A stretch of DNA of 62,497 nucleotides from Clostridiales bacterium (GTDB lineage Bacteria; Bacillota; Clostridia; UBA1381): positions 1 through 62,497 of the forward strand of contig JAQXXM010000060.1 in assembly GCA_029226065.1 (NCBI GenBank), read 5' to 3'. Made by a program: the position numbers and the translations under genes. Of this stretch, positions 41,154 through 50,084 are shown one piece after another. Under the pieces are notes generated by a model. It searched no databases. It had not been told where the DNA came from and saw only the letters and a program-made list of their open reading frames with translations. Each line of letters begins with the position of its first letter. The first letter of the stretch is position 1.

Positions 41154-42711
41154 ACATTTCTATAATTTTTTCCGCAACACGTATACCGTCTACTGCTGCC
41201 GTCATTATTCCTCCCGCATGGCCTGCACCCTCACCTGTTGGATATATCCCAAGGATATTTGACATCAATGTATCATCAGAACGTATTATACGTACAGGTG
41301 ATGAGGATCGTGTTTCGGGTGCTGTAAGAATTGCACCCTCATCTGCAAAGCCTTTAAGCTTTTTGTCAAGCTCAGGTATAGCCTCTTTCATGGCATCAGT
41401 AATAAAGCGTGGAAATATATTTTCTAATTTGTATTTTTTTACTCCGGGCTTATATGTTGGATTTACTGTAGGCTGTGCATCGTTATCATATAAAAAATCA
41501 CCGACCGTCTGATATGGCGCTATATATCCGCCTGAAACATTATATGCCTTCTTCTCTATATCACGTTGGAAACGACACCCTTCAAGTACATCATCGCCCT
41601 CCAAGTCTTGAGGTGTAACGTTTACAAGCAACGCACTGTTTGCATTTTCACCGTCTCTTTTAAAATAACTCATACCGTTTGTCACGATGCCGCCTTCTTC
41701 TGATGCTGATGCAACAACTTCGCCGCCTGGGCACATACAGAAGGTATATACTCCCCTGCCCGATTTTGTTTTATATGAAAGTTTGTAGTCTGCAACAGGC
41801 AATAGATCTTTTAACTCACCGTATTGGGCCGCATTTATCATATCTTGCTTATGCTCTATTCTTGCACCTACGGAAAATATCTTTCTCTCCATATTGGCAC
41901 CGCAATCTTTGAGCATAGAAAAAACATCACGTGCGCTGTGACCTGTCGCCAAAACAAGAATATCTGTTTCTTCGATATATTCACCACGAGGACACGTTAC
42001 GTTGATAGATTTTAAACAATTGTTGTCTATATTTATTCCTGTCAGTTTATTACCAAATCGGATATCACCGCCCATATTGATGATATTTTCTCTGAAAGAT
42101 TTAACCATATTGACTAAGTTATCCGTTCCCACATGAGGCTTGGCACGGTATAATATTTCTGCGGGTGCACCGTTTTCAACAAATTTCTGCAGTACATACC
42201 CTGTTCTTGCATCGTTTACTCCCGTAGTTAGTTTTCCGTCAGAAAATGTGCCTGCTCCACCTTCGCCAAACTGAATATTGGAGTCAGGATTAAGTATTCC
42301 CTTCTCTTTCATCAAGCTAACAGTTTTCAATCTGTCATCTACACACTCACCACGTTCTATTATTACTACTTTAAATCCTGATTTTGCCAATAATTGCGAA
42401 CACATCATCCCAGCAGGACCAAATCCGACTATAACCGCCTTTTTGCCGTGACCGTTAGCAATGGGCGGAGCATAAGGCTTTTTAACGATACGTGTTATGT
42501 TTTTATAACTATGGATAAGCTTGTCCTCGTTATCTGATATAACATCAACAGAATACACATAATGAATATCGTTCTTTTTCCGTGCATCGACAGATTGTTT
42601 TATTATCTCAAATGATTTAACATTTTTTAATTTATATTTTTTTGAGACGTATTCGGGCAGATTTGTCTCATCAAGGGTAATGGGATAATGTATATTAGAT
42701 ATTCGAATCAT
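41140..42711 (-). CDS. FAD-dependent oxidoreductase of unknown function (COG2509-like)
   Basis: Dinucleotide-binding motif VIVGFGPAGM about 90 aa from the N-terminus and a C-terminal GEGAGHAGGI motif. 523 aa. Confidence 0.7.
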   Translation of the reverse strand: MIRISNIHYPITLDETNLPEYVSKKYKLKNVKSFEIIKQSVDARKKNDIHYVYSVDVISDNEDKLIHSYKNITRIVKKPYAPPIANGHGKKAVIVGFGPAGMMCSQLLAKSGFKVVIIERGECVDDRLKTVSLMKEKGILNPDSNIQFGEGGAGTFSDGKLTTGVNDARTGYVLQKFVENGAPAEILYRAKPHVGTDNLVNMVKSFRENIINMGGDIRFGNKLTGINIDNNCLKSINVTCPRGEYIEETDILVLATGHSARDVFSMLKDCGANMERKIFSVGARIEHKQDMINAAQYGELKDLLPVADYKLSYKTKSGRGVYTFCMCPGGEVVASASEEGGIVTNGMSYFKRDGENANSALLVNVTPQDLEGDDVLEGCRFQRDIEKKAYNVSGGYIAPYQTVGDFLYDNDAQPTVNPTYKPGVKKYKLENIFPRFITDAMKEAIPELDKKLKGFADEGAILTAPETRSSSPVRIIRSDDTLMSNILGIYPTGEGAGHAGGIMTAAVDGIRVAEKIIEMYGEK

Positions 42712-42736
42712 TATTGAAATCTCCTATTTAAAAATA

Positions 42737-43008
42737 GAGGGATGTAAAAAAACAGCACCGATCGTTTGACGGCAAATTTAATATAAATAAATTCAAAAAA
42801 CACTGTTAAATCAGTTGTTTTTGAGGAAATCTGCTTTTTAAGATTTCTTTTTATTATATGCCGTCAAACTACGAACAAAAACCGTCCCTTGAGTACCCAT
42901 GTACACTGCGGGATAACCCTCATAGCCTTGCTATTCGGCGATTTTCGTCCGTTCTGCACTATTTTTTTGCATCCCCTCAGGAACTTATTTGACTTTTTTT
43001 ACATCCTC
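42737..43008. repeat. Non-coding element of about 270 bp built from nested inverted repeats
   Basis: Outer pair: GAGGGATGTAAAAAAA (42737-42752) versus TTTTTTTACATCCTC (42994-43008). Third copy: TTTTTTTGCATCCCCTC (42962-42978). Inner perfect 11-bp pair: 42764-42774 / 42859-42869. Innermost 7-bp hairpin: 42826-42832 / 42841-42847. Confidence 0.6.
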
Positions 43009-43016
43009 ATTCTTGT

Positions 43017-44690
43017 TTATTTTAAATCCGTTTCATCAAATGCCTTTGAAATAGACTCACCCGGTGCAACCATAGGATAGACATTTTCGTCCTTTCCTAT
43101 TCTGCAATCTATAACCACGGGTTTATCAAGCGACAATGCTGTCTTCAGTACCTCACTGAATTCCTCGGGTGTCTCCGCTTTAAAGCCCACACATCCCAAT
43201 GCCTCGGCAAGCTTTACGTAATCAACACCGTCATCAAGGACTGTATGTGAATAACGCTTACCATAAAACAGTGTTTGCCACTGACGTACCATACCAAGTA
43301 CGCTGTTATTAATAATAACCTCAACAACAGGTATATTATTTCTTGATGCAGTAGCAAGCTCATTCATATTCATTCTGAAGCCGCCATCACCTGCAATGTT
43401 AATAACCGTCTTGTCAGGGAAAGCCGACTTTGCGCCAATTGCCGCACCAAGTCCATAGCCCATAGTTCCCAATCCACCTGATGTCAAAAACTGACGTGGT
43501 GACTTGTATTTATAAAACTGTGCAGACCACATCTGATGTTGACCTACCTCTGTTGAAATAATAGCATCGCCGTTCGTCTGACGGTATATTTCCTCAATTG
43601 CTCCAGGACCTGTCAATACAGATTTATCGTATGACAACGGATATTTCTTTTGCATTTCGGATATCTCCTCACACCACTCCTGATGTGACGATTTATTGAC
43701 ATATTCATTAAGTTTCATCAAAATCTGCTGTGCATCGCCGATTAGGGATTCGTCAGCTCTTACATTTTTACCGATTTCCTTTGAATCAATATCAATATGT
43801 AAAATTTTTGCGTTGGGTGCAAAATTCTTTGCGTTTCCATATACACGGTCGGAAAATCTCGTTCCTATGGCAATTAGTAAGTCACATTTGCTTACACCGA
43901 AATTCGATGCCTTTGTACCATGCATACCCAGCATTCCTGTATAACGGCTGTCAGTTCCGCAAAAAGCACCTTTAGCCATAAGCGTGTCGCATACAGGTGC
44001 ATCAATTTTATCAGCAAATTCACGCAGCTGGCGTGATGCATCTGCGGCAATTACACCGCCGCCGACAAAGATGAACGGCTTTTCAGATTTATTTATAAGC
44101 TCTGCACATCTTTTTATATCATCATCACACGGAGCAGAGTCCGATATTTCTATGGCGTATGGCTCTTGATATTCATATTCTGCAGTATTAGCAGTTACAT
44201 CCTTGGGTATATCAATTAAAACAGGACCTCGTCTGCCGCTCATTGCTGTTTTAAAAGCATTACGTATTGTATCTGCAAGGTCGTTTACATCTGTAACAAT
44301 ATGACTTTCCTTTGTGACAGGTTTTACAACCTCCGATATAGTTACCTCCTGGAAGCTGTCCTTTCCTAAAAGAGCAGTACCCACATTGCAAGTAATAGCA
44401 ACAACAGGTATTGAATCAATATTGGCAGTTGCAAGACCTGTAACGAGGTTTGTTGCACCAGGTCCTGACGTTGCGAAGCAAACGCCTACTCTGCCTGTTG
44501 CACGTGCATAACCGTCAGCAGCGTGTGATGCACCCTGCTCGTGTGAAACTAATACGTGTTTTATTGAATTGCTGTTCTTGTACAATTCATCGTATACATT
44601 TAATATTGCACCGCCGGGATAGCCAAATATCGTATCTACCCCTTGTTCCTTCATACATTCTATTACTATCTGTGCACCTGTTAATTGCAT
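43017..44690 (-). CDS. ilvB: Acetolactate synthase large subunit (TPP-dependent)
   Basis: 557 aa. N-terminal GAQIVIECMKEQGVDTIFGYPGG and the TPP motif GDGGF..N..EL.T. No ilvN follows it. Confidence 0.9.
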   Translation of the reverse strand: MQLTGAQIVIECMKEQGVDTIFGYPGGAILNVYDELYKNSNSIKHVLVSHEQGASHAADGYARATGRVGVCFATSGPGATNLVTGLATANIDSIPVVAITCNVGTALLGKDSFQEVTISEVVKPVTKESHIVTDVNDLADTIRNAFKTAMSGRRGPVLIDIPKDVTANTAEYEYQEPYAIEISDSAPCDDDIKRCAELINKSEKPFIFVGGGVIAADASRQLREFADKIDAPVCDTLMAKGAFCGTDSRYTGMLGMHGTKASNFGVSKCDLLIAIGTRFSDRVYGNAKNFAPNAKILHIDIDSKEIGKNVRADESLIGDAQQILMKLNEYVNKSSHQEWCEEISEMQKKYPLSYDKSVLTGPGAIEEIYRQTNGDAIISTEVGQHQMWSAQFYKYKSPRQFLTSGGLGTMGYGLGAAIGAKSAFPDKTVINIAGDGGFRMNMNELATASRNNIPVVEVIINNSVLGMVRQWQTLFYGKRYSHTVLDDGVDYVKLAEALGCVGFKAETPEEFSEVLKTALSLDKPVVIDCRIGKDENVYPMVAPGESISKAFDETDLK

Positions 44691-44733
44691 GATTTTCTCC
44701 TTAATATCTCATTCGTTTTCAATATAATATATC

Positions 44734-44762
44734 AGTATAATATAAAACAGGTAATTTGTCAA
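44734..44762 (-). promoter_or_regulatory. Putative sigma-A promoter for ilvB
   Basis: Minus strand reads TTGACA (44757-44762), 17 nt, TATACT (44734-44739). Confidence 0.45.
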
Positions 44763-44790
44763 TAAATAAGAGATAAATTTGTACAATTTG

Positions 44791-45609
44791 TTATTCAACG
44801 TTCAGATATCGGACTAAGAAATGTACACGTCTTACGTTAACAGATGCAAGATTTTCTATAGATTCACGTATGCGTTTTTGTGCCGTTTTGCACACAGAAT
44901 GAATATTGCATCCGTAATTCAGTGTTGCGGTTATATCTATGTGTGCACCGTGATTGGTTTTTCTTACATTTATATTATTGATTTTACTTATTCCGTCAAC
45001 CTTAATCGCCTCATAAATGGCAAGCTGTACTATAACCTCGTCAGATATGATAAAATCACCCATATATGAAAAGGTTGGACGAACTATTGATTTATCTGCC
45101 TCAGCAGTTTTTTCTTCGATATCAAGATTAGGCTGAAAACGTCTTAACGGATGCAGAAAATAACCTGAAAAATCCTTTTGGATTTCAAATGTCGGGACAG
45201 GAATTACGTGTTTTCCGTCCTCTAATCTCATACGATTAGCCATTGCTATTTCCTCATCAGTTGCAACCTCGTCGATATGTATAAACTGCTTTATCGGTCC
45301 TATTTCAAGCCTGTTTGCAATCTTAACTGCCATACCCTCTGATGTTCCTAAAATCATAAGTTTTTTAATTTTACTCTTTTTTAATGCTGATTTCATTTCA
45401 GAAGCATACCTGTTGGGCAGAAAAAGAGCGTGTTTAACCGACGCAATACGGGTATCCTCTTTTTTTGCCGATGTTCCGGCTATGACCTTGCCGTTAGAAA
45501 TCAACAATCCGTCATCAATTATTCCGTCAGCACAATTTTCCTTTGCAACTATTAATGATCGGTAACTCTTTCCGGTACCGCTCGGACCGACAAACGCTAT
45601 TACCTCCAT
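44791..45609 (-). CDS. P-loop NTPase fused to a C-terminal Asp23/Gls24-like domain
   Basis: Walker A GPSGTGKS at residues 8-15. The last about 100 aa (FIISDEVIVQLAIYEA...VNVRRVHFLV) look like an Asp23 alkaline-shock-protein fold. Confidence 0.6.
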   Translation of the reverse strand: MEVIAFVGPSGTGKSYRSLIVAKENCADGIIDDGLLISNGKVIAGTSAKKEDTRIASVKHALFLPNRYASEMKSALKKSKIKKLMILGTSEGMAVKIANRLEIGPIKQFIHIDEVATDEEIAMANRMRLEDGKHVIPVPTFEIQKDFSGYFLHPLRRFQPNLDIEEKTAEADKSIVRPTFSYMGDFIISDEVIVQLAIYEAIKVDGISKINNINVRKTNHGAHIDITATLNYGCNIHSVCKTAQKRIRESIENLASVNVRRVHFLVRYLNVE

Positions 45610-45678
45610 AATTCATTCTCCTATCTTACGTTTATGTTATTATTTTATCATATTTTTTCTGATTTGTACAGTATTTTT

Positions 45679-46812
45679 TTACATAAAACCAATCATAATA
45701 TCTTTCATAATCTGACCTATACCTTTTTTATCGACATCTATTTCAGATATTATGTCAACTTTATCAATAACCTTTCCATCAGAAACAAATTCAATATACC
45801 CCAATACATCTCCTTTTTTTATGGGTGCATTTATGTAGCTTTCAGTAAATATTCTTTTTTCTATTTCTTTATTATTATTTTTTTCAAATAATGCAGTTTT
45901 GCTTTCTTTTGCAATTCCGTTTACGGTTTTTTCTATTCCGTTTACAATATCGGCACTGCATAATTTTTCATTTGCTTTTACAAGCTCTTTTACTTTGTAC
46001 TTCGCAAAACCATAGTCAAGCAACGCTCTTGCAGACGCAAACCGTTTGTCTGATGTAGGTGCACCCAAAACGACAGCAATCAGCTGCATATTATCACGTT
46101 TTGCCGATGCACTCAGACAACACAAAGCGTTTGATGTTGAACCTGTTTTGAGACCATTTGCTCCCGTATAAAACCTAATGAGCTTATTTGTGTTGGCAAG
46201 CTGAAATTTTCCGCCCCGCAATTCGTCTGTCCATATAGATGTATAGTCTGTAATTTTAGGGTGCTTTAAAAGCTCACGTGACATCAATGCAACATCACGT
46301 GCCGATGAATAATGCTCATCGTCATCTAAACCGTTTGTGTTCACAAAGTTTGTGTTATTCATACCGAGTTCTCTGGCACGGTTATTCATCATATCAACAA
46401 AAGCACTCTCACTGCCTGTAAGATGTTCCGCCATAGCGACACATCCGTCGTTTGCAGATGCAACTGCAATGCCCTTTAGCATATCATTTACACTTAACTC
46501 TTCACCTGCCTCAAGAAACATTGTTGAACCGCCGTAACTCATTGCGTTTTCGCTGACTGTAACCATATCATCAAGTGATATTGTCTTGTTATCAACCGCC
46601 TCCATTATTAACAGCATCGTCATTATCTTTGTTACGCTTGCAATTGGTAACCGTTCATCAGCATTGTTTTCCGCAAGCACTCTGCCTGTATTCTGCTCGA
46701 TAAGAATATATGCCTTAGCATCAACTCCATCTAATTGTTCATTTTCAGCTTTTGCTGTTGTGTTAAACAGAAAAACAACACTTAAAAGAAAAAAACATAT
46801 TCTTGCTTTCAC
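45679..46812 (-). CDS. D-alanyl-D-alanine carboxypeptidase (peptidase S11, DacB/DacF-like)
   Basis: Signal peptide, then SVTK (SxxK), SAND (SxN) and KTGS (KTG) motifs in the correct order. 377 aa. Confidence 0.9.
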   Translation of the reverse strand: MKARICFFLLSVVFLFNTTAKAENEQLDGVDAKAYILIEQNTGRVLAENNADERLPIASVTKIMTMLLIMEAVDNKTISLDDMVTVSENAMSYGGSTMFLEAGEELSVNDMLKGIAVASANDGCVAMAEHLTGSESAFVDMMNNRARELGMNNTNFVNTNGLDDDEHYSSARDVALMSRELLKHPKITDYTSIWTDELRGGKFQLANTNKLIRFYTGANGLKTGSTSNALCCLSASAKRDNMQLIAVVLGAPTSDKRFASARALLDYGFAKYKVKELVKANEKLCSADIVNGIEKTVNGIAKESKTALFEKNNNKEIEKRIFTESYINAPIKKGDVLGYIEFVSDGKVIDKVDIISEIDVDKKGIGQIMKDIMIGFM

Positions 46813-46901
46813 ATAAATTTCCCCTTTCGGTTTAATAGCTCTATAGCAAGAATATGCTTTAATATTTAATTTTATAACATTTGAAATCGCTCGTTTTATA
46901 A

Positions 46902-47786
46902 CTATGCTCTGGGATGCGTTCTTTCATATACACGCTTTATATTATCATCTAAAAAGCAAGTATATATTTGAGTGGAAGATATATCCGAATGTCCCATCAT
47001 TGATTTAACCGATTCTAAATCTGCACCGTTCCGAATAAGATGTGCCGCAAACGAATGACGTAGAGAATGTGGTGTTATGTCACCCTCTATACCTGCACTT
47101 TCCTGATATTTTTTTATTATCTTCCAAAAACCCTGACGGGATATTCTCGCACCCATTCTATTTATAAATAATGCTGTTTCAGTTTTATCTGAAAGCATTT
47201 CGTTCCTCGCCTTGTCCAAATAAAGCTTTAGTGCATCAATAGCCTTGTTGCCTACAGGAATTATGCGGTCACCTTTGTTATTTGAGCATCTTATATAGCA
47301 TAAAGAGAGATTAATATCTGCAACGTCTAAGCCTATAAGCTCGCTTACACGTATGCCTGTAGCATAAAGGAGTTCAAGCATAGCTTTATCACGTATTCCC
47401 TTGTTATCACTTAATTTTGGCTGTTCTAAGAGTAATGTAACCTCTTCGCCCGACATTATCTGCGGCGGTTTTCTGTTTACCTTAGGAGAAGAAAGCGAAG
47501 ATGTAGGGTCAGATTTAATTTGTCCGTTTCTAAGTAGATACAGATAATACGAACGTATAGATGCAACAACACGCGACACCGTTGAAGTTGCCCTGCCCTT
47601 TTTTTGTAAGAGAATAATGTATGACAAAACGTTTGTTTCTGTCGTATTCTGTATACTCGATATTCCTAATTCATTTAGATATGTAATATACTGCTCAATA
47701 TCTCTTCTGTACGACTCTATAGTGTTTGCGGATTTATGACCTGTGTTTTTCATAAAATCAGTATATTCCCCGATATACGTATTCAT
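46902..47786 (-). CDS. xerD: Site-specific tyrosine recombinase XerD/XerC
   Basis: Catalytic R...HxLRH..A......Y arrangement (HSLRHSFA, GHSDISSTQIY). Track start is TTG; trimmed to ATG 47786 after GAGAGGAAG. Confidence 0.85.
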   Translation of the reverse strand: MNTYIGEYTDFMKNTGHKSANTIESYRRDIEQYITYLNELGISSIQNTTETNVLSYIILLQKKGRATSTVSRVVASIRSYYLYLLRNGQIKSDPTSSLSSPKVNRKPPQIMSGEEVTLLLEQPKLSDNKGIRDKAMLELLYATGIRVSELIGLDVADINLSLCYIRCSNNKGDRIIPVGNKAIDALKLYLDKARNEMLSDKTETALFINRMGARISRQGFWKIIKKYQESAGIEGDITPHSLRHSFAAHLIRNGADLESVKSMMGHSDISSTQIYTCFLDDNIKRVYERTHPRA

Positions 47787-47937
47787 TAGTGTACTTCCTC
47801 TCAAATAGCTCTTTCCTAATAATTCAATAAAATTACGTTATTTTCAATTATGTTACATTTATGTATCAATAGTATTATATCACATTTTTTTCATTTGTAA
47901 ATACTTTTTTAGCTTTTTTTGTAAACAATTTTAAATT

Positions 47938-48516
47938 TTATGTAACCTTAAAAGCAAGCCATTTCATAAATGTAGTAGTTATAATTCCCTCTAAAGCCGC
48001 ACAACCACAAAATATTGTAAATATAGCAACGAAAAATATTATGTAAATTATTCTTTCTCTTTTTCCAAATTCCCTTCTTTTTGTGGAGAAAAAATAAGCA
48101 ACCGCTGTATACAAAGCTAAGAGAGGTGTAATAACAAGAATTTGTGTTATTGATGAGAGTGCAAGAAGCAGCCCCGTTCCGCCATATACATCTATCATTG
48201 ATGATATCGTAAATGAATTAATGAATCCGGCACGGCAAATCAAGAAGAATGATAATAAATAACCGTGTTTAAAAAACATAGATATTACGATACCTAAAAA
48301 TATAATTATGTATGATTTTAAAGACGATTTTATAATCGGCAACAAATCCATACCATTACGCAAGGAATTTGTGTATCCGTCCATGTAGTTTTTAATTTCT
48401 GCTGAAGATTTGAACTTATATGTATAATATACCGCCCCTGCAATTACACCTATTGCAATGATACAAAATGATAATGTATACCAAATTGAAATCAGTTTTT
48501 TATTTTCCTGCAGCAT
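47938..48516 (-). CDS. spoIIM: Stage II sporulation protein M-like membrane protein
   Basis: 192 aa with about 5 TM helices. Size, topology and the xerD neighbourhood resemble SpoIIM. Assignment is by recollection only. Confidence 0.55.
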   Translation of the reverse strand: MLQENKKLISIWYTLSFCIIAIGVIAGAVYYTYKFKSSAEIKNYMDGYTNSLRNGMDLLPIIKSSLKSYIIIFLGIVISMFFKHGYLLSFFLICRAGFINSFTISSMIDVYGGTGLLLALSSITQILVITPLLALYTAVAYFFSTKRREFGKRERIIYIIFFVAIFTIFCGCAALEGIITTTFMKWLAFKVT

Positions 48517-48567
48517 TGCCTCACCCTCTGAAAACTTGTTTATGTAAACAATTTATGCACAAAGCAA

Positions 48568-48669
48568 CAAAAAAAGCACCGCCATGTTGATGAATATAGT
48601 GAACCGACCTCCCAATCGTTAGATTTTGGTCTAACTTTTGGGGGTCGGTTCACATATCATAACGGTGCT
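48568..48669 (-). terminator. Unusually long extended hairpin plus U7 after the aminotransferase gene
   Basis: Arms at 48575-48616 and 48638-48669 pair imperfectly over about 30 bp. An inner hairpin GTTAGA/TCTAAC sits in the loop. A7 on the plus strand (U7 on the minus strand) follows. Confidence 0.6.
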
Positions 48670-48679
48670 TGTTTTTGTC

Positions 48680-49963
48680 TTATTTGTTTTCCAATATCTT
48701 ATCAATACTTGCAACCTTAACACAAATAATAAATATCTTACAAGCCTCAATAAGTTCATCAATTGTCGGGAATGACGGAGCAATTCGTATATTAGAATCC
48801 TTCGGGTCATTGCCGTATGGATATGTTGCGCCCGCATCTGTCATTACCACACCTGCATCGGCACACATAGAAACAATCTTCTTCGCACAGCCTTCCATAG
48901 CATCAAATCCGATGAAGTATCCGCCTCTTGGTTCTGTCCATTCAGCTATTCCCAAACCGCCAAGCTCATCATTAAGCATTGTTATTACTGTTTCAAATTT
49001 AGGACGCATTATATCAGCGTGCTTTGCCATGTGGGCTTCTAAATCTTCCATTGTCGGGAAGAACAAAATATGCCTTAACTGATTCATTTTGTCATGACTG
49101 ATTATCTGTGAACCCATCATTGCAATAGTAGATTTTATATTTGCTTCTGATGATGCCATTGCAGATATACCCGCACCCGGGAAAGTCACCTTTGACGTTG
49201 AGCAGAACTCATATACCATATCAGGGTTGCCTGCCTTTGCACATTCTTCAACAATATTAAGTATCTTTGTAGGCTCGTTCGGATATAAATGATGGATAAT
49301 ATACGCATTATCCCAATATATTCTAAAGTCTTTAGCAGCAGGCTTGAGCGATGCAAAACGCTTAACTACCTCGTCACTGTACACATATCCTGACGGATTT
49401 GAATATTTCGGTACACACCATATACCTTTGATTGCACTGTCCTCTGATACGAGTTTTTCAACCATATCCATATCAGGTCCGTCCTCATTCATCGGAACGT
49501 TTATCATTTCCATACCAAAGAACTCCGATATTGCAAAATGACGATCATATCCCGGAACAGGACAAAGAAATTTAACCTTAGGAAGTTTGCACCATGGCGT
49601 TGAACCTAATATTCCCTTGACATACGCTCTTGCTATTGTATCATACATAAGAGTCAATGATGCATTGCCGTAAAGAACGATGTTTTCAGGCTTAACCTCA
49701 AGAATGTCAGCAAAAAACTTTCTTGCCTCCATTATACCAGGTAATACACCGTAGTTTCTTATGTCTAACTTGTCCTCACCTACAAACTGCGTATCTTTAT
49801 TAATGACGTCAAGCATAGGCATTGAAAGCTCTAATTGTTCTTTTGACGGCTTGCCGCGTGCCATGCTTAAATTAAGACCAAGTCCCTTTTTCTCCTCGTA
49901 TGCTGACATAAGCTCCTCTCTTAGCTTTAAGAGTTCCGCTTTTGTCATTTCGTTATACAACAT
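48680..49963 (-). CDS. PLP-dependent aminotransferase (class I/II fold)
   Basis: 427 aa. The STSK stretch (CSTSKVTFPGAG) is consistent with the PLP-lysine region. Specificity not assignable. Confidence 0.7.
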   Translation of the reverse strand: MLYNEMTKAELLKLREELMSAYEEKKGLGLNLSMARGKPSKEQLELSMPMLDVINKDTQFVGEDKLDIRNYGVLPGIMEARKFFADILEVKPENIVLYGNASLTLMYDTIARAYVKGILGSTPWCKLPKVKFLCPVPGYDRHFAISEFFGMEMINVPMNEDGPDMDMVEKLVSEDSAIKGIWCVPKYSNPSGYVYSDEVVKRFASLKPAAKDFRIYWDNAYIIHHLYPNEPTKILNIVEECAKAGNPDMVYEFCSTSKVTFPGAGISAMASSEANIKSTIAMMGSQIISHDKMNQLRHILFFPTMEDLEAHMAKHADIMRPKFETVITMLNDELGGLGIAEWTEPRGGYFIGFDAMEGCAKKIVSMCADAGVVMTDAGATYPYGNDPKDSNIRIAPSFPTIDELIEACKIFIICVKVASIDKILENK

Positions 49964-50084
49964 CTCAAATCCTCCTCAATTAATGTACAATACCACAATA
50001 ACATAATTATACTATAATTATCTTCATTTATCAATAAATTTTTTGTACAAAAAATTTTCAAGTATGCTGATAAATTGAATATAT

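Noticed and set aside
42712-43016. Attempt to assign the structured gap to a known riboswitch class (TPP, lysine, ykkC/ppGpp, c-di-GMP, c-di-AMP, T-box) or to 6S, SRP, tmRNA or RNase P RNA
   Set aside because: I found no convincing match to any core consensus I can recall. It is left as an unclassified structured element.
42712-43016. Possible degraded ilvN (acetolactate synthase small subunit) after ilvB
   Set aside because: No open frame of meaningful length exists on the minus strand, and no ACT-domain-like translation in any frame.
42889-43080. 63-aa plus-strand ORF
   Set aside because: It starts inside the inverted-repeat element and runs antisense into the ilvB 3' end. It has no RBS.
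45634-45891. 85-aa plus-strand ORF
   Set aside because: It is antisense to the DD-carboxypeptidase 3' end, with an extreme Phe/Ile/Tyr/Asn composition from AT-rich antisense sequence.
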